Shown: positions 1-11,039 of the stretch, piece by piece
Layout of the letters: each line of letters begins with the position of its first letter
Numbering within the stretch: position 1 is the first letter of the stretch
Source: an uncultured Planctomycetota bacterium
GTDB lineage: Bacteria > Planctomycetota > Brocadiia > CAIUPP01
Direction: 5' to 3'
DNA length: 64,000 nt
NCBI GenBank assembly: GCA_903901045.1
Contig: CAIUPP010000021.1
Location: 104,491 to 168,490, forward strand
Notes under the pieces: generated by a model
What the model saw: only the letters and a program-made list of their open reading frames with translations
Told to the model about the DNA's origin: nothing
The model's database searches: none
Made by a program: the position numbers and the translations under genes

Positions 1-1109
1 AGCCTCGGCAGGGGGTGCGCATCGTGGCCGGGGCCGACGTCTCCCCGAAAGCCTTCGTGGCATTCCGCGAGCGTTTCGGCGACGACGTGTTTTGCACCAG
101 CGACTACCGTGAGCTGCTCAAGCGCGACGACATCGGCGCCGTCTTCGTCACCTCTCCCGACTTCCTGCATGAAGAGCACGCTCTCGCCGCGCTCGAAGCC
201 GGCAAAGCCGTCTACCTCGAAAAGCCGATGGCCATCACCATCGAAGGCTGCGACCGCATCCTCAAGACGGCCTTCCGCAAGAAGGTCCGCCTCATGCTCG
301 GCCACAACATGCGCTACATGCCGCTGATCCGCAAGATGCGCGACATCATCCGCAGCGGCGCGATCGGGGAAGTCCGGGCGGGCTGGTGCCGCCACTTCGT
401 CGCCTACGGCGGCGATGCCTACTTCAAGGACTGGCATGCCGAGCGCAGCAAGGCGACCAGCCTGCTCCTCCAGAAGGGAGCGCACGACATCGACGTCCTC
501 CACTGGCTCTGCGGCGGCTATTCGAAGCGCGTCAACGCTATGGGCAACCTGACCGTTTACAACCAGATCAAAGACCGGCATGCCAAATCCGAGCGCGGTG
601 ACGCAAGCTGGAGCATGGCCCACTGGCCGCCCCTGTCGCAGAAAGGGCTCAACCCCGTCATCGACGTTGAGGATCTCAGCATGATGCTGATGGAGCTGGA
701 CAACGGCGTTCAGTGTTCCTACCAGCAGTGCCATTACGCCCCCGACGGCTGGCGCAATTACACCGTCATCGGGACGGCGGGGCGCATTGAGAACTTCGGC
801 GACGTTCCGGGGCATTGCGCCATTCGTGTCTGGAACAGGCGAACCGACTACAACCCGTACGGTGACGAGCAGCACTTCATCCCCGACATCGGCGGCAGCC
901 ACGGCGGCGCGGATCCACAGATTGCGATGGCGTTCGCCGACTACGTCCGGTTCGGCAAGAAGATCCTCACCTCGCCGGTCGCGGCGCGCAACAGCGTCGC
1001 CGCCGGCTGCATGGCCGCCCAGTCCCTGCGCTATGGCGGAAAGCCGATGGATATCCCGCCGCTTGCGAAGAACCTCGTCGACTACTTCCAGAAAGATGTT
1101 GCTGAATGA
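1..1109 (+). CDS. Gfo/Idh/MocA family NAD(P)-dependent oxidoreductase (5' partial, N-terminal Rossmann part lies upstream of window)
   Basis: The frame runs in from the window edge (apparent GTG at 15 is internal). Motifs EHALAALEAGKAVYLEKPMA and GHNMRY are typical of the Gfo/Idh/MocA C-terminal half. Stop TGA at 1107-1109. Confidence 0.8.
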   Translation, partial: PRQGVRIVAGADVSPKAFVAFRERFGDDVFCTSDYRELLKRDDIGAVFVTSPDFLHEEHALAALEAGKAVYLEKPMAITIEGCDRILKTAFRKKVRLMLGHNMRYMPLIRKMRDIIRSGAIGEVRAGWCRHFVAYGGDAYFKDWHAERSKATSLLLQKGAHDIDVLHWLCGGYSKRVNAMGNLTVYNQIKDRHAKSERGDASWSMAHWPPLSQKGLNPVIDVEDLSMMLMELDNGVQCSYQQCHYAPDGWRNYTVIGTAGRIENFGDVPGHCAIRVWNRRTDYNPYGDEQHFIPDIGGSHGGADPQIAMAFADYVRFGKKILTSPVAARNSVAAGCMAAQSLRYGGKPMDIPPLAKNLVDYFQKDVAE

Positions 1110-1127
1110 CCTGACGGCTGCTGCACG

Positions 1128-1153
1128 GACGCCCGGAGACCAGGAAGGGCGTC
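1128..1153 (+). terminator. possible weak stem-loop downstream of oxidoreductase gene (GACGCCC-12nt-GGGCGTC), no U-tract
   Basis: 7-bp inverted repeat read directly from the sequence. There is no T-run after it, so terminator function is uncertain. Confidence 0.2.
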
Positions 1154-1253
1154 TCGTGCAGCGCCGCCGGGGCTCATCGGACATCACAATGCCACCGCCT
1201 TATGTCATAACCAATTACAGATAAGTCTGTTACGTATTTAAGCCAGCCCGGTA

Positions 1254-1282
1254 TTGACAATGCTGTCATCGGATGATACTAT
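1254..1282 (+). promoter_or_regulatory. sigma70-like promoter TTGACA-17nt-TACTAT upstream of AraR-type regulator gene
   Basis: TTGACA at 1254-1259, a 17-nt spacer, then TACTAT at 1277-1282. It lies in an AT-rich island within a GC-rich genome. The predicted TSS (~1289) leaves a ~42-nt leader before the GTG at 1331. Confidence 0.55.
1255..1268 (+). promoter_or_regulatory. perfect palindrome TGACAATGCTGTCA overlapping the -35 element (candidate operator for autoregulation)
   Basis: TGACA-ATGC-TGTCA is a perfect 14-bp inverted repeat. GntR-family operators are typically short palindromes of this kind (GT-Nx-AC). Confidence 0.4.
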
Positions 1283-1288
1283 TTGCGT

Positions 1289-1314
1289 GTGACATGGTGA
1301 CACAGATAGTGACA
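1289..1314 (+). repeat. three direct GTGACA repeats in the predicted 5' leader (1289, 1297, 1309)
   Basis: GTGACA occurs three times with 8-12 nt spacing immediately downstream of the -10. The same hexamer recurs downstream of the paralogous promoter at 18417. Confidence 0.4.
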
Positions 1315-1330
1315 CGGAGACACGGCTACC

Positions 1331-2464
1331 GTGGCGACACTCCTTCAGAAGATACAGATCGACCCCCAATCGTCGGTGCCGAAGCATCTCCAGATACGGA
1401 ATGCGGTGGCCGCCGTCCTGCGCACACAGCAACTGCCGGCGGGCGCAAAGCTGGATTCCGTGCGCGAGGTGGCCGACCGCATCGGGGTCGGCTCCCGAAC
1501 AGTCGCGCGCGCTTACGATCTGCTTCGGCGAGAAGGGGTGATTGTGATTGAGCCGAGTTACGGCGCATTTGTGGCGGCTGGCTCGGAGGTCAAGACAGCC
1601 GTCGACGTATACCTGTGCGCTCATCCCAGCTACCTGGAGAGAAAGCATTGGCTGGCTTTCCAGCGCATACAGGGGGTCATGGCCGCCGCACAACGTCTTG
1701 GCGTCCAACTTCATCCCCTGACGGGGCCCGGGGCGGTCGAGGCGGATGAACTGTGCGGCCGGCGCTGTGCCGTGCTGGTCTTCGACATGGCGTACAGGGC
1801 CGACGGATTTGGACCGATTGTTGACCTCGCCCGGGAGCGTCATATTCCATGCTGCGTGGTCATGGGGGCGTGCGACGGGATGCCCGGCGTGGAAGAGCAT
1901 CGTGAAATGGGCTTCGAACAGGCCACGGAATATCTGCTGGGGCTTGGCCACAGGAATATCGCCTTGATCAACCTCGCTGCGCACAACGGCAACGCGCACG
2001 GCATGACCAGGGCATGGCAGAACCGGCAGGGTTATCTCGCCGCCCTGAAACGCTCCGGATATCCCATCCGCAGCGAGCTGTACGTCGAGGCATTGAACCC
2101 CGAAGACAACGAGATGTATCACACCGAGCGCGCGCTGGACTCGCTCCTCTCCCTTTCTCCGCGGCCGACCGCGATCCTCTGCAACAATGACGTGCGCGCG
2201 CTGGCGGTCATGAAGCTGCTGAACGCGCGCGGGCTCCGCATTCCCGAGGACATGTCGGTGGTCGGGTACGACAACCGGCGCGAATGCGAACGCGCAAATC
2301 CGCGCCTGACCAGCGTGGAAACGCAACTGGTTGAGCAGGGGGAGGCGGCGCTGCAGTTCGTTCTGGAGCAGGTCTGGGGCCGTGAGCCGAAGCCGCCCGC
2401 CGTGTTTCCCCGGCTCGTGCGCCGGGATTCCGTTGCGGCGGTTGGAGGGGCAGGGCTGGTTTGA
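1331..2464 (+). CDS. AraR-subfamily GntR transcriptional regulator (N-terminal GntR winged HTH + C-terminal LacI/PBP1-like sugar-binding domain)
   Basis: The N-terminus ([32 protein letters not shown]) is a GntR HTH. The C-terminal ~300 aa have the LacI/GalR periplasmic-binding-like pattern ([44 protein letters not shown]). GTG start. Confidence 0.8.
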   Translation: MATLLQKIQIDPQSSVPKHLQIRNAVAAVLRTQQLPAGAKLDSVREVADRIGVGSRTVARAYDLLRREGVIVIEPSYGAFVAAGSEVKTAVDVYLCAHPSYLERKHWLAFQRIQGVMAAAQRLGVQLHPLTGPGAVEADELCGRRCAVLVFDMAYRADGFGPIVDLARERHIPCCVVMGACDGMPGVEEHREMGFEQATEYLLGLGHRNIALINLAAHNGNAHGMTRAWQNRQGYLAALKRSGYPIRSELYVEALNPEDNEMYHTERALDSLLSLSPRPTAILCNNDVRALAVMKLLNARGLRIPEDMSVVGYDNRRECERANPRLTSVETQLVEQGEAALQFVLEQVWGREPKPPAVFPRLVRRDSVAAVGGAGLV

Positions 2465-2585
2465 AGCGAACCGCGCCGGGGCGTCGGCGCGATGTGAGGA
2501 GGTGATACGAAAGAGCGGTGGTTGTGATCGCAATGGGGGGGCGTCAGGCGTGTTCCTGAACCTTGTTCATGAGGAGGGCCGAACC

Positions 2586-3887
<1,302 letters not shown>

Positions 3888-3904
3888 GGGACTGGAAGGA
3901 ACCA

Positions 3905-3940
3905 GGGCAGCGCGACCAGGGAGCCGCGCTGCCCTTTTTC
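3905..3940 (+). terminator. rho-independent terminator GGGCAGCGCG-loop-CGCGCTGCCC followed by TTTTTC
   Basis: A perfect 10-bp GC stem, a 10-nt loop and a T-tract, located immediately after the DUF1559 gene stop at 3887. Confidence 0.85.
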
Positions 3941-3975
3941 TGCGCCCGCAAGTTCAACCAATCGGAGGAACGCTC

Positions 3976-6900
3976 ATGTCCTGTAAGTCGCTGGCCGTCC
4001 TGGGGGTCATTCTGGCGGCGTTCTGTATGGGCAGTATGGCGCGCGGGGCTGACGAAGGGCTGATCGCCAACTTCCCGTTGGGTGAGGGAACGGGAACGGT
4101 TCTCCACGACGCGACCGGCGGCGGCCTTGCCGGTACGATCCACAATGCGGAGTGGGTCAAATGGGGGAACGGCAGCGGCCTCAAGTTCGGCCGGACGGAC
4201 TCGTATGTGGAACTCGGCGCAGGGCTGAAGGAGAAGACCACGGGCGATATGACCCTTCTGGCCTGGGTGAAGCTGACCGCCTGGCCCTATCCCGACAACC
4301 AGACCAACTGGGTCATCGCCGATTGTGAGGAGTACCTGAAGTCCGGTTGGACATTGCGCGTGGCGGGGAACAACCAGCGCGTGTATTTTCGATGCAGCCA
4401 GGAGGGACGTTGCGAAGACGGGCAGGGGGGGATGCGCCTGGACAACAACGAGTCTTACCTGGTGACCCTCGTCAAGCAGGGCGGGACGGCGACGATTTAC
4501 CTGGATGGACTGCTGGACACCAAGTTCTCCGTGCAGGACCCCGCTCCGCCGAGCGCGCCGCTGCGCATCAGCGGAGGCGGCCAGTCCTTCAACGGGCTCA
4601 TCGGGAATTTCCGCCTGTACAACCGGGCGCTGTCGCAGGCGGAGGTGCTGGATCAGTACCGGCAGGGGGCGGCTGCGCACGGCAAGAAGGCCGTGGCCGC
4701 CGGCGCGCTGGGACTGAAGCCGTATCTCTGCTTCGACGAGGGATTCGCGCAGTTGGATGTGGACTACCGCGGCGTCATGCCGGCGGAGAAGGAAGACCGG
4801 GTTGTTGCGGAACTGCGGGAGGACGGTCAGCCGACGACCCTCCTCAAAGTGGACCCCGCGCTGCCCGCCTCCGGCTTCGGTGAATACCTGGTGCGCCTGG
4901 GGGAGTTGCAGCCGGGACGGTGTGAAATCCGCGTGACGGTGCGCAACCCGCGCGGCGACAAGGCCGTGGGGACGTATGCGTTCAGCTACCCGCTTCCCCC
5001 GGCGGTCGCTCCCGCGCCGCGCGAGCGGACCGTGGCGGCGCTGCCGAAGCCGCGCCCCGCGCCGCAGTTCGACCTGGCGCTGCGTCCGGGAGGAGGCCTG
5101 AGCCTGACGTGCGGGGGGCAGAGCTATTCCGTGGACTCCGACTTCTCCTACCCGCAGGGCGGGGAGAACGCGTTCTTCTGCGCCGCCGCGGCTCCGGCGG
5201 GCATGGAGCCGCGCTGGAGCGCCGTGACGCACAAGGTCAATGACAACACGTGGGAAGTGCGCGCCGAGGCGGGGACGTACCGCGTGGAGCGCCGCGTGGC
5301 GCGCGAGGCAAGCCGCGTGCTCGTCGACGACACATTTGTCAACAAGACCGCCGCGCCGCTGGGCGTCATCGTGAACCACCGCATCGGCACGCAAGGCCAC
5401 GAGTTCAAGCGGGCCTATCTGGCGGGTTATCCCACCGACGGGCAGAACACGCTTGGCGCGGACCAGACGGCGTCGCTCAAGACGAACCCCACGATCTTCC
5501 TGGAGAATAACGACCTGGGGGTGGGCCTCGTGGCGCTGGACGACGTGTTCATCGTGCAGTCCCAGGGCGCGCTGAACGCCGGCGGGGCGCGTCTCTATAC
5601 CAACAGTTTCGCGCTGGACGCCGGAGCTTCTTACACGCTGGAGTGGGCAATCTATCCCGACGCGGGCGGGTACTACGACTTCATCAACCAGGTGCGCCGC
5701 GACGAGGGGCGCAACTTCGTGACCGTGGATGGCGGGCTCGCGATCCTGCCCGTCGACGAGCAGCGCGACCGGCGGTGGGTGCCCACAAAGGAATATCTGA
5801 CCCTCCGCAACCTCCGCTATATCGACATCAACGGGCTGGACCACATCGCCGACGACCCGGAACTCACCATCGACGGCATCGACTTCCTCTGGTACCCGAA
5901 GGAGATGGCGCTGCTCAAGGAGCAGATCGCCGCATCGCACAAGGTCGATCCGCGGCTTCAGGTGATCTTCCACATCGCGCACAGCCTCATCACCACGAAC
6001 AAGCCCGCGGAAGTCTTTCCCGACTCGCGCGTGATGCTCCCCGACGGGAAGCAGGCCACCTACTGGTTGGGCAATGAGGGGAGTTACCTCAGCGAGCGGC
6101 GCAAGAAAGAGGGGTGGCACTGGTATATTTACTACCCGACGCTGGAGAACAGCTTCGGCAAGGAGATGATGCGCTCCGTGGATGTCATGGCGGACGAGTT
6201 GGGCTGCAACGGCGCGTTCATGGACGGGTTCAATTACGCCTACGGCTCCGAGGTCACGACCGACCGCTGGGATGGACACACGGCGCAGATCGACCCGCGC
6301 ACCAAGACCATCGTCCGCCCGCTCGGTTCTGTGTTCCTGCTGTCTCAGCCAACGCTCGTGGCCTTCGCCCGCAAATGGCGTGAGAAGGGGGGCATCGTGA
6401 TCTCCAACAACTCCATCGTCACGCGCACGCTCGGGCGCGAGTACTTCATCCACGAGCGCGAGATGCAGCACGGTCCCGATATGCACCTCGCCCCCACTCC
6501 CGTGACGCTGGGCGACGCGACGGCCATTCGCAATGGGCATCCGCTGGACTTCTATCGCGACGTGCTCGACAAGCTCGAATGGGGCAGTCTCTATTTCTAC
6601 TACGGCGAGTGGACGCTGACCTACCCCTCCGTCCCCGCCTTCATGTATCCTATTACCGTTCAGGAAATCGGCAACGGCCTGGTCAAGGGGAAAGAACGGC
6701 TGATCACCCGGCATAGCGGCGTGTACGGCTGGGAGGGAGACCGCGCCCTGCACCAGGCTTATCGCTTCGACGACCAGGGGCATCTGGCCCCGCACGAGTT
6801 CTTCACGACGGTGGATGGGCAATCCGTGCGCACGCAGGTGCAGTTGGACAGGGATGAAGTCGCCGTGATCCGCAGAATCCCCGTGAGCATCACATCCGCC

Positions 6901-7134
6901 GCGCCGGTGAACGTGATCGTCCAGCAATATGACGCGGGAGGGCTGGTCCTGTCGCTCAACGGCGTGGGCCATGTGCGCGTGACGGTGACCGACGGCGACT
7001 TCGCGGTCAAGCCCGGAGCGAAATTCATCTTGAAAACGAACGCCGAACAGACCCTCACTGCGCAGGCGGGGGGGCTGTCGTTCGATCTGGACTTGAACGG
7101 CGCGCGTGCCGTGCTTCTGGCCGCCGGGCACTGA
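3976..7134 (+). CDS. secreted LamG (concanavalin A-like lectin/glucanase) domain protein with large C-terminal putative glycoside-hydrolase region
   Basis: RBS GGAGG sits 7 nt upstream. A signal peptide (MSCKSLAVLGVILAAFCMGSMARGA) is followed by a Laminin_G_3-like domain ending LIGNFRLYNRALSQAEV. The N-terminal 240 aa are paralogous to those of 7167 and 17405. Confidence 0.8.
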   Translation: MSCKSLAVLGVILAAFCMGSMARGADEGLIANFPLGEGTGTVLHDATGGGLAGTIHNAEWVKWGNGSGLKFGRTDSYVELGAGLKEKTTGDMTLLAWVKLTAWPYPDNQTNWVIADCEEYLKSGWTLRVAGNNQRVYFRCSQEGRCEDGQGGMRLDNNESYLVTLVKQGGTATIYLDGLLDTKFSVQDPAPPSAPLRISGGGQSFNGLIGNFRLYNRALSQAEVLDQYRQGAAAHGKKAVAAGALGLKPYLCFDEGFAQLDVDYRGVMPAEKEDRVVAELREDGQPTTLLKVDPALPASGFGEYLVRLGELQPGRCEIRVTVRNPRGDKAVGTYAFSYPLPPAVAPAPRERTVAALPKPRPAPQFDLALRPGGGLSLTCGGQSYSVDSDFSYPQGGENAFFCAAAAPAGMEPRWSAVTHKVNDNTWEVRAEAGTYRVERRVAREASRVLVDDTFVNKTAAPLGVIVNHRIGTQGHEFKRAYLAGYPTDGQNTLGADQTASLKTNPTIFLENNDLGVGLVALDDVFIVQSQGALNAGGARLYTNSFALDAGASYTLEWAIYPDAGGYYDFINQVRRDEGRNFVTVDGGLAILPVDEQRDRRWVPTKEYLTLRNLRYIDINGLDHIADDPELTIDGIDFLWYPKEMALLKEQIAASHKVDPRLQVIFHIAHSLITTNKPAEVFPDSRVMLPDGKQATYWLGNEGSYLSERRKKEGWHWYIYYPTLENSFGKEMMRSVDVMADELGCNGAFMDGFNYAYGSEVTTDRWDGHTAQIDPRTKTIVRPLGSVFLLSQPTLVAFARKWREKGGIVISNNSIVTRTLGREYFIHEREMQHGPDMHLAPTPVTLGDATAIRNGHPLDFYRDVLDKLEWGSLYFYYGEWTLTYPSVPAFMYPITVQEIGNGLVKGKERLITRHSGVYGWEGDRALHQAYRFDDQGHLAPHEFFTTVDGQSVRTQVQLDRDEVAVIRRIPVSITSAAPVNVIVQQYDAGGLVLSLNGVGHVRVTVTDGDFAVKPGAKFILKTNAEQTLTAQAGGLSFDLDLNGARAVLLAAGH

Positions 7135-7166
7135 AAGCGCATAAACCAGGAATAGGAGAACTCTTC

Positions 7167-10100
7167 ATGTCTGCCAGGCTTTCTATCGTCTTGGGGCTCA
7201 TCCTGGGGATTTCTCTCGCGGGACCAGCCGCGCGCGGGGCCGAAGAGGGGCTGATCGCCCAATTCCCGCTGGACGAAGGAACGGGTGCGACGGTCCACGA
7301 CGCGGCCGGCGGCGGCATCGCCGGAACGCTCCACAACGCGGACTGGGTCAAATGGGGGAGCGCCAACGCGCTGAAGCTGCGCCGCACGGACTCCTGCGTG
7401 GAGATCGGCCAGGGACTCAAGGAGAAGATCACCGGCGACTTCACCCTCGCCGCCTGGCTGAAGCTGACCGCCGCGCCCTACCCCGACGTGGAAACCAATT
7501 GGGTGATCCTCAGTTGTGAAGCCTATGATGGCAAGCCTCTGCCGCAAAGCGGCTTCACTTTCAGGATCGCCGGCAACGAAGCAAAGCTGTATTTCAGGTC
7601 AAGCCAGGCGGGCGCATACCAGGACTCCCTCCTCGGCTGGCCGCTGGCGAACAACAAACCGTACATGGTGGGCATGGTCAAGAAGGGAGAGACTGCCAGG
7701 ATCTTTCTGAACGGCCTTGCGGGGCCGGAATTTCAGGTGAAGGACCCCGCCCCCGGTCCGGGGCCTCTGTTGATCGGCGGCGGAGGGCAGTCCCTCAACG
7801 GGCTCATCGGCGACGTGCGAGTCTACAACCGCGCCTTGTCGGAGGATGAAATGAAGGAACTCTACAAGCGGACCTCGGCCGACCGCGCCAACAGCGATAC
7901 GAGCACACGGCCCGGACCTGAGGCCAACCTCGCGCTTTCCGCCAACGGCTGCTGGATCATCGCCTCCTCCAACGGGAACTGGTCGGACAAGTACTGGAGC
8001 AACCTCATCGACGGAAACCCCGATACGTCCTGGGCGTCCTTTCAGCCGACGCAGGAGGAGTACCTGGAATTGAAGTGGGACTTCGCGATGGACGTCAACC
8101 GCGTCCGCGTCCTGGAGCGCGCCGACAGCCACGCCTCGGAAATGGAACTGCTGGCATGGGACCACGACCAGTGGAAGTCCGTCGCAAAGAAACAGCTCGC
8201 GGGGAAAGCGCCGGCCGGCCAGCCGGTCGAGCTTCAATTCCCCACCCTGCGCACCCTGCGGCTGCGGTTGGTCTGCCGCAACGACGCTCCGCGCCGGACG
8301 GCCCTCTGCGAGATCCAGGCCTTCGGCCCGGCCCAGCCCCTCCTGTACGTGGACAACGGCCCCGACTGGCGCGTCGGACGCTGGACTTATTTCCCCACGT
8401 CGCGCCGGGACCAGGTCGACACGTACTACCGGGCGCTCTCCGCCGGGAAGTCCGCCAGCCCTTATGAGGGCGCGGAGGAATCCCTCCTCATTGAGGAAGT
8501 GTCCATCGATCCGAAGAATCCGAAGCCGGGGCAGGACGTGACGCTCACGCTGAAACTGAAGCCGCTCGCGAAACTCTCCGACGACTACGCCCTCGTCGCG
8601 ACCATCGGCGAGCGCGAGAAGCTCTTCCAGTTCGCCAACTATTCCGTCGTTCGCGCCATTCTCTCCCCTGCCACGCCGCTCTCCCAGTGGCCGGCCGGAG
8701 AAACGCAGACGGTCCAAACGGAAATTCACCTCCCGGTGTGGGCGCCGGATGGCGCGTCGAATGTCATGCTCCACGGCATCAGTCCCGCCGGACGCCCGCC
8801 GCTCCGATTCGTGGACACGGTGGAACGGCCACTGGACGACGGCGTTGCGACCGTCCTGAACATCAAGCGCTTCGCCAAGCCGCCGAAGCCCGACACGAAG
8901 CCGCATACGGCGAAAATCGACTCCTCGAACGGAACCATCATCTCACTGGACGGCCGCAGGATTGCGCCGACCATCATTCCGATACTGAACCCGTCGTTCG
9001 AGCAATTCCACTATTACTCTCAGGGGGAGGGGGTCAAGATATTCGGTCTGGAATTCTATCCCTGGGCGATAAACGCGGGGGCTTTCCAGCAGCGAAACTT
9101 CGACTACCTCGCGCAACACGTCCGCAACGCCATGCGCGTCGCGCCGAACGCCTACGTGCTGGTCTTTGTCGACCTGCGCACCCGGCCCGACTGGCAGGCG
9201 GCGCACCCGGACAGCCTCATCACGTCCTATGATGGAAGGATCATGTCCGCCGAAAGCTTCTGCGCCAAGGCGTACCGCGACGAAGCGCTCAGCTATGTTT
9301 CCAACATGGTGACGTTCATCCAGAGCCAGCCCTGGGGCAACCGGGTGATCGGCTATCAGCTCGGGGTCGGCGCCGAGGGGATCATGGGCGATTACGGCAC
9401 CCGGAGCATCTCCGGCATCGGCGACTACAACCCCCAGGCCATCGAAGCGTTCCGGGAATTCGCGCGCCAACGGTATGGGAACGACCTCGCGCGGATGCGC
9501 GCCGCGTACGACGACCCGCAACTCACGTTCGAGACGATCTACCCCAGGCATGAGAAGATCATGGAGCCCGGCGCAGCCGGCGGATGCTTCCTGGACCCGC
9601 GCACGCAGCGCTTCACGAGCGACTACTACGAGTTCCTTTCCTCGCTGGTCCCCACCTTCACCGAGGAACTCGCCGCGACGATCAAGAAGCTGACGGACGG
9701 CCGCGTTCTCGTCGGCACGTACGGCGCTTACCTGCTCGAAGCGATCGGTGTCGAGGCCGGCCTGCACATGGCTAATCATTGTTACACCGATTACCTGATG
9801 CACGCGCCGGACCTCGATTTCTTCGCCAGCCCGCACAACTACCTTGATTCCGTGCGCCAGGCCGGCGGGCCGTACCGCCCCTATCAGGCCTACGCCTCCA
9901 TGCGGCTGAATGGAAAGCTGCACATGTCCGAATGCGACCAGCGCACCTTCCGCTGCGGCATGCACAACAGCTATACCAACCGCAGCCGCGAAGAGACGAC
10001 AGCCGTCCTGACGCGCGACCTGGGCGCCGGCCTGATGCATGGCACGGAGGGATGGCTGGCCGACTGGGCCGAAACGGAGTTTAAGGACCGCAGCATGTGC

Positions 10101-11033
10101 GAGCCGTTCTTTACGGACGATCAGATCTTGTCCCACGTCTCCCTGCTGGAGAAGCGGTATGGTGAGACCCTCGACCTGAAACGCGGCATCGACGCCGAAG
10201 TGGCGGTGTTCATCAGCGGGGCGAATGCGTTTCACATGGACAACGGCATCGAGAAGAACGCCCATGCCGTGACGAACTGCCTGAACCAGGTCATCTACTC
10301 CCTCATGAAGGCCGGAATGCCGCACGATGAACTGCTCCTGGAGGACGTCCTCAAGCCGGAAGTCCAGTCGGCGTACAAGTGCTACGTCTTCCTGAACTCC
10401 TTCTATATGACCGACGCGCAGGCGCAGGCGGTCGAGAAACTGAAGCGCGACGGCAAAACCCTGGTCTGGCTCTATGCCCCCGGTTACGTCCGCGATAGCG
10501 GGCTTTCGGCGAAGAACATCGAGGAGGTCACCGGGTTCAGCGTCGGGGTCGATCCCACGCAGTGGAAACTGGCTTACCGGTTAGCTGACAAGAACAGTCC
10601 CCTCGCGGCGGGGCTGGAAGAGAAGGAGTACCTAGGAGACGCGCGAACGGCCTCCCCGCGGTTCTACGTCACGACGCCCGACGCGACGGCGCTCGGAGTG
10701 TACTCGGACGGCAAGGTCGCCGTCGCGGTCAAGGACTTCGGCGCTTACAAGAGTTTCTACTCGACCGTGCCCGTGCTTCCGCTGCCCATGCTCAAGAACC
10801 TCCTTCGTTACGCAGGCTGCCACGCCTGGGTGAATGAGGATATCTACATGGACGCCACGCGGAATTTCCTGATGCTGACGAACACGTTTGACGCTCCCCG
10901 CAATATTCAGGTAAGCTTGCCCCGGAAATGCGACGTATCGGACCTTCTCACCGGCAAGGCCGTGGCCTCCGGCGCGAGACAGTTCAATATGCCCCTCGCC
11001 CCGGGCGAGGCTCGCATATTCAGGCTGAAATGA
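7167..11033 (+). CDS. secreted LamG + F5/8 type C (discoidin) domain protein with C-terminal putative glycoside hydrolase (TIM-barrel-like) region
   Basis: Signal peptide and LamG module (…LIGDVRVYNRALSEDEMKELY). A discoidin-like segment follows (NLIDGNPDTSWASFQPT…VNRVRVLERA), then a ~900-aa C-terminal region. Confidence 0.8.
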   Translation: MSARLSIVLGLILGISLAGPAARGAEEGLIAQFPLDEGTGATVHDAAGGGIAGTLHNADWVKWGSANALKLRRTDSCVEIGQGLKEKITGDFTLAAWLKLTAAPYPDVETNWVILSCEAYDGKPLPQSGFTFRIAGNEAKLYFRSSQAGAYQDSLLGWPLANNKPYMVGMVKKGETARIFLNGLAGPEFQVKDPAPGPGPLLIGGGGQSLNGLIGDVRVYNRALSEDEMKELYKRTSADRANSDTSTRPGPEANLALSANGCWIIASSNGNWSDKYWSNLIDGNPDTSWASFQPTQEEYLELKWDFAMDVNRVRVLERADSHASEMELLAWDHDQWKSVAKKQLAGKAPAGQPVELQFPTLRTLRLRLVCRNDAPRRTALCEIQAFGPAQPLLYVDNGPDWRVGRWTYFPTSRRDQVDTYYRALSAGKSASPYEGAEESLLIEEVSIDPKNPKPGQDVTLTLKLKPLAKLSDDYALVATIGEREKLFQFANYSVVRAILSPATPLSQWPAGETQTVQTEIHLPVWAPDGASNVMLHGISPAGRPPLRFVDTVERPLDDGVATVLNIKRFAKPPKPDTKPHTAKIDSSNGTIISLDGRRIAPTIIPILNPSFEQFHYYSQGEGVKIFGLEFYPWAINAGAFQQRNFDYLAQHVRNAMRVAPNAYVLVFVDLRTRPDWQAAHPDSLITSYDGRIMSAESFCAKAYRDEALSYVSNMVTFIQSQPWGNRVIGYQLGVGAEGIMGDYGTRSISGIGDYNPQAIEAFREFARQRYGNDLARMRAAYDDPQLTFETIYPRHEKIMEPGAAGGCFLDPRTQRFTSDYYEFLSSLVPTFTEELAATIKKLTDGRVLVGTYGAYLLEAIGVEAGLHMANHCYTDYLMHAPDLDFFASPHNYLDSVRQAGGPYRPYQAYASMRLNGKLHMSECDQRTFRCGMHNSYTNRSREETTAVLTRDLGAGLMHGTEGWLADWAETEFKDRSMCEPFFTDDQILSHVSLLEKRYGETLDLKRGIDAEVAVFISGANAFHMDNGIEKNAHAVTNCLNQVIYSLMKAGMPHDELLLEDVLKPEVQSAYKCYVFLNSFYMTDAQAQAVEKLKRDGKTLVWLYAPGYVRDSGLSAKNIEEVTGFSVGVDPTQWKLAYRLADKNSPLAAGLEEKEYLGDARTASPRFYVTTPDATALGVYSDGKVAVAVKDFGAYKSFYSTVPVLPLPMLKNLLRYAGCHAWVNEDIYMDATRNFLMLTNTFDAPRNIQVSLPRKCDVSDLLTGKAVASGARQFNMPLAPGEARIFRLK

Positions 11034-11039
11034 GCGACC

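Noticed and set aside
1238-2533. 431-aa minus-strand ORF overlapping the first GntR regulator gene
   Set aside because: Shadow ORF of a confidently identified + strand gene (GntR HTH plus PBP domain). Its sequence has no domain signature and spans the promoter region.
7599-10325. Two long minus-strand ORFs (7599-8906, 8943-10325) inside the 7167-11033 gene
   Set aside because: Low-complexity translations typical of antisense frames in high-GC DNA. The + strand frame carries the paralogous LamG and discoidin domains.
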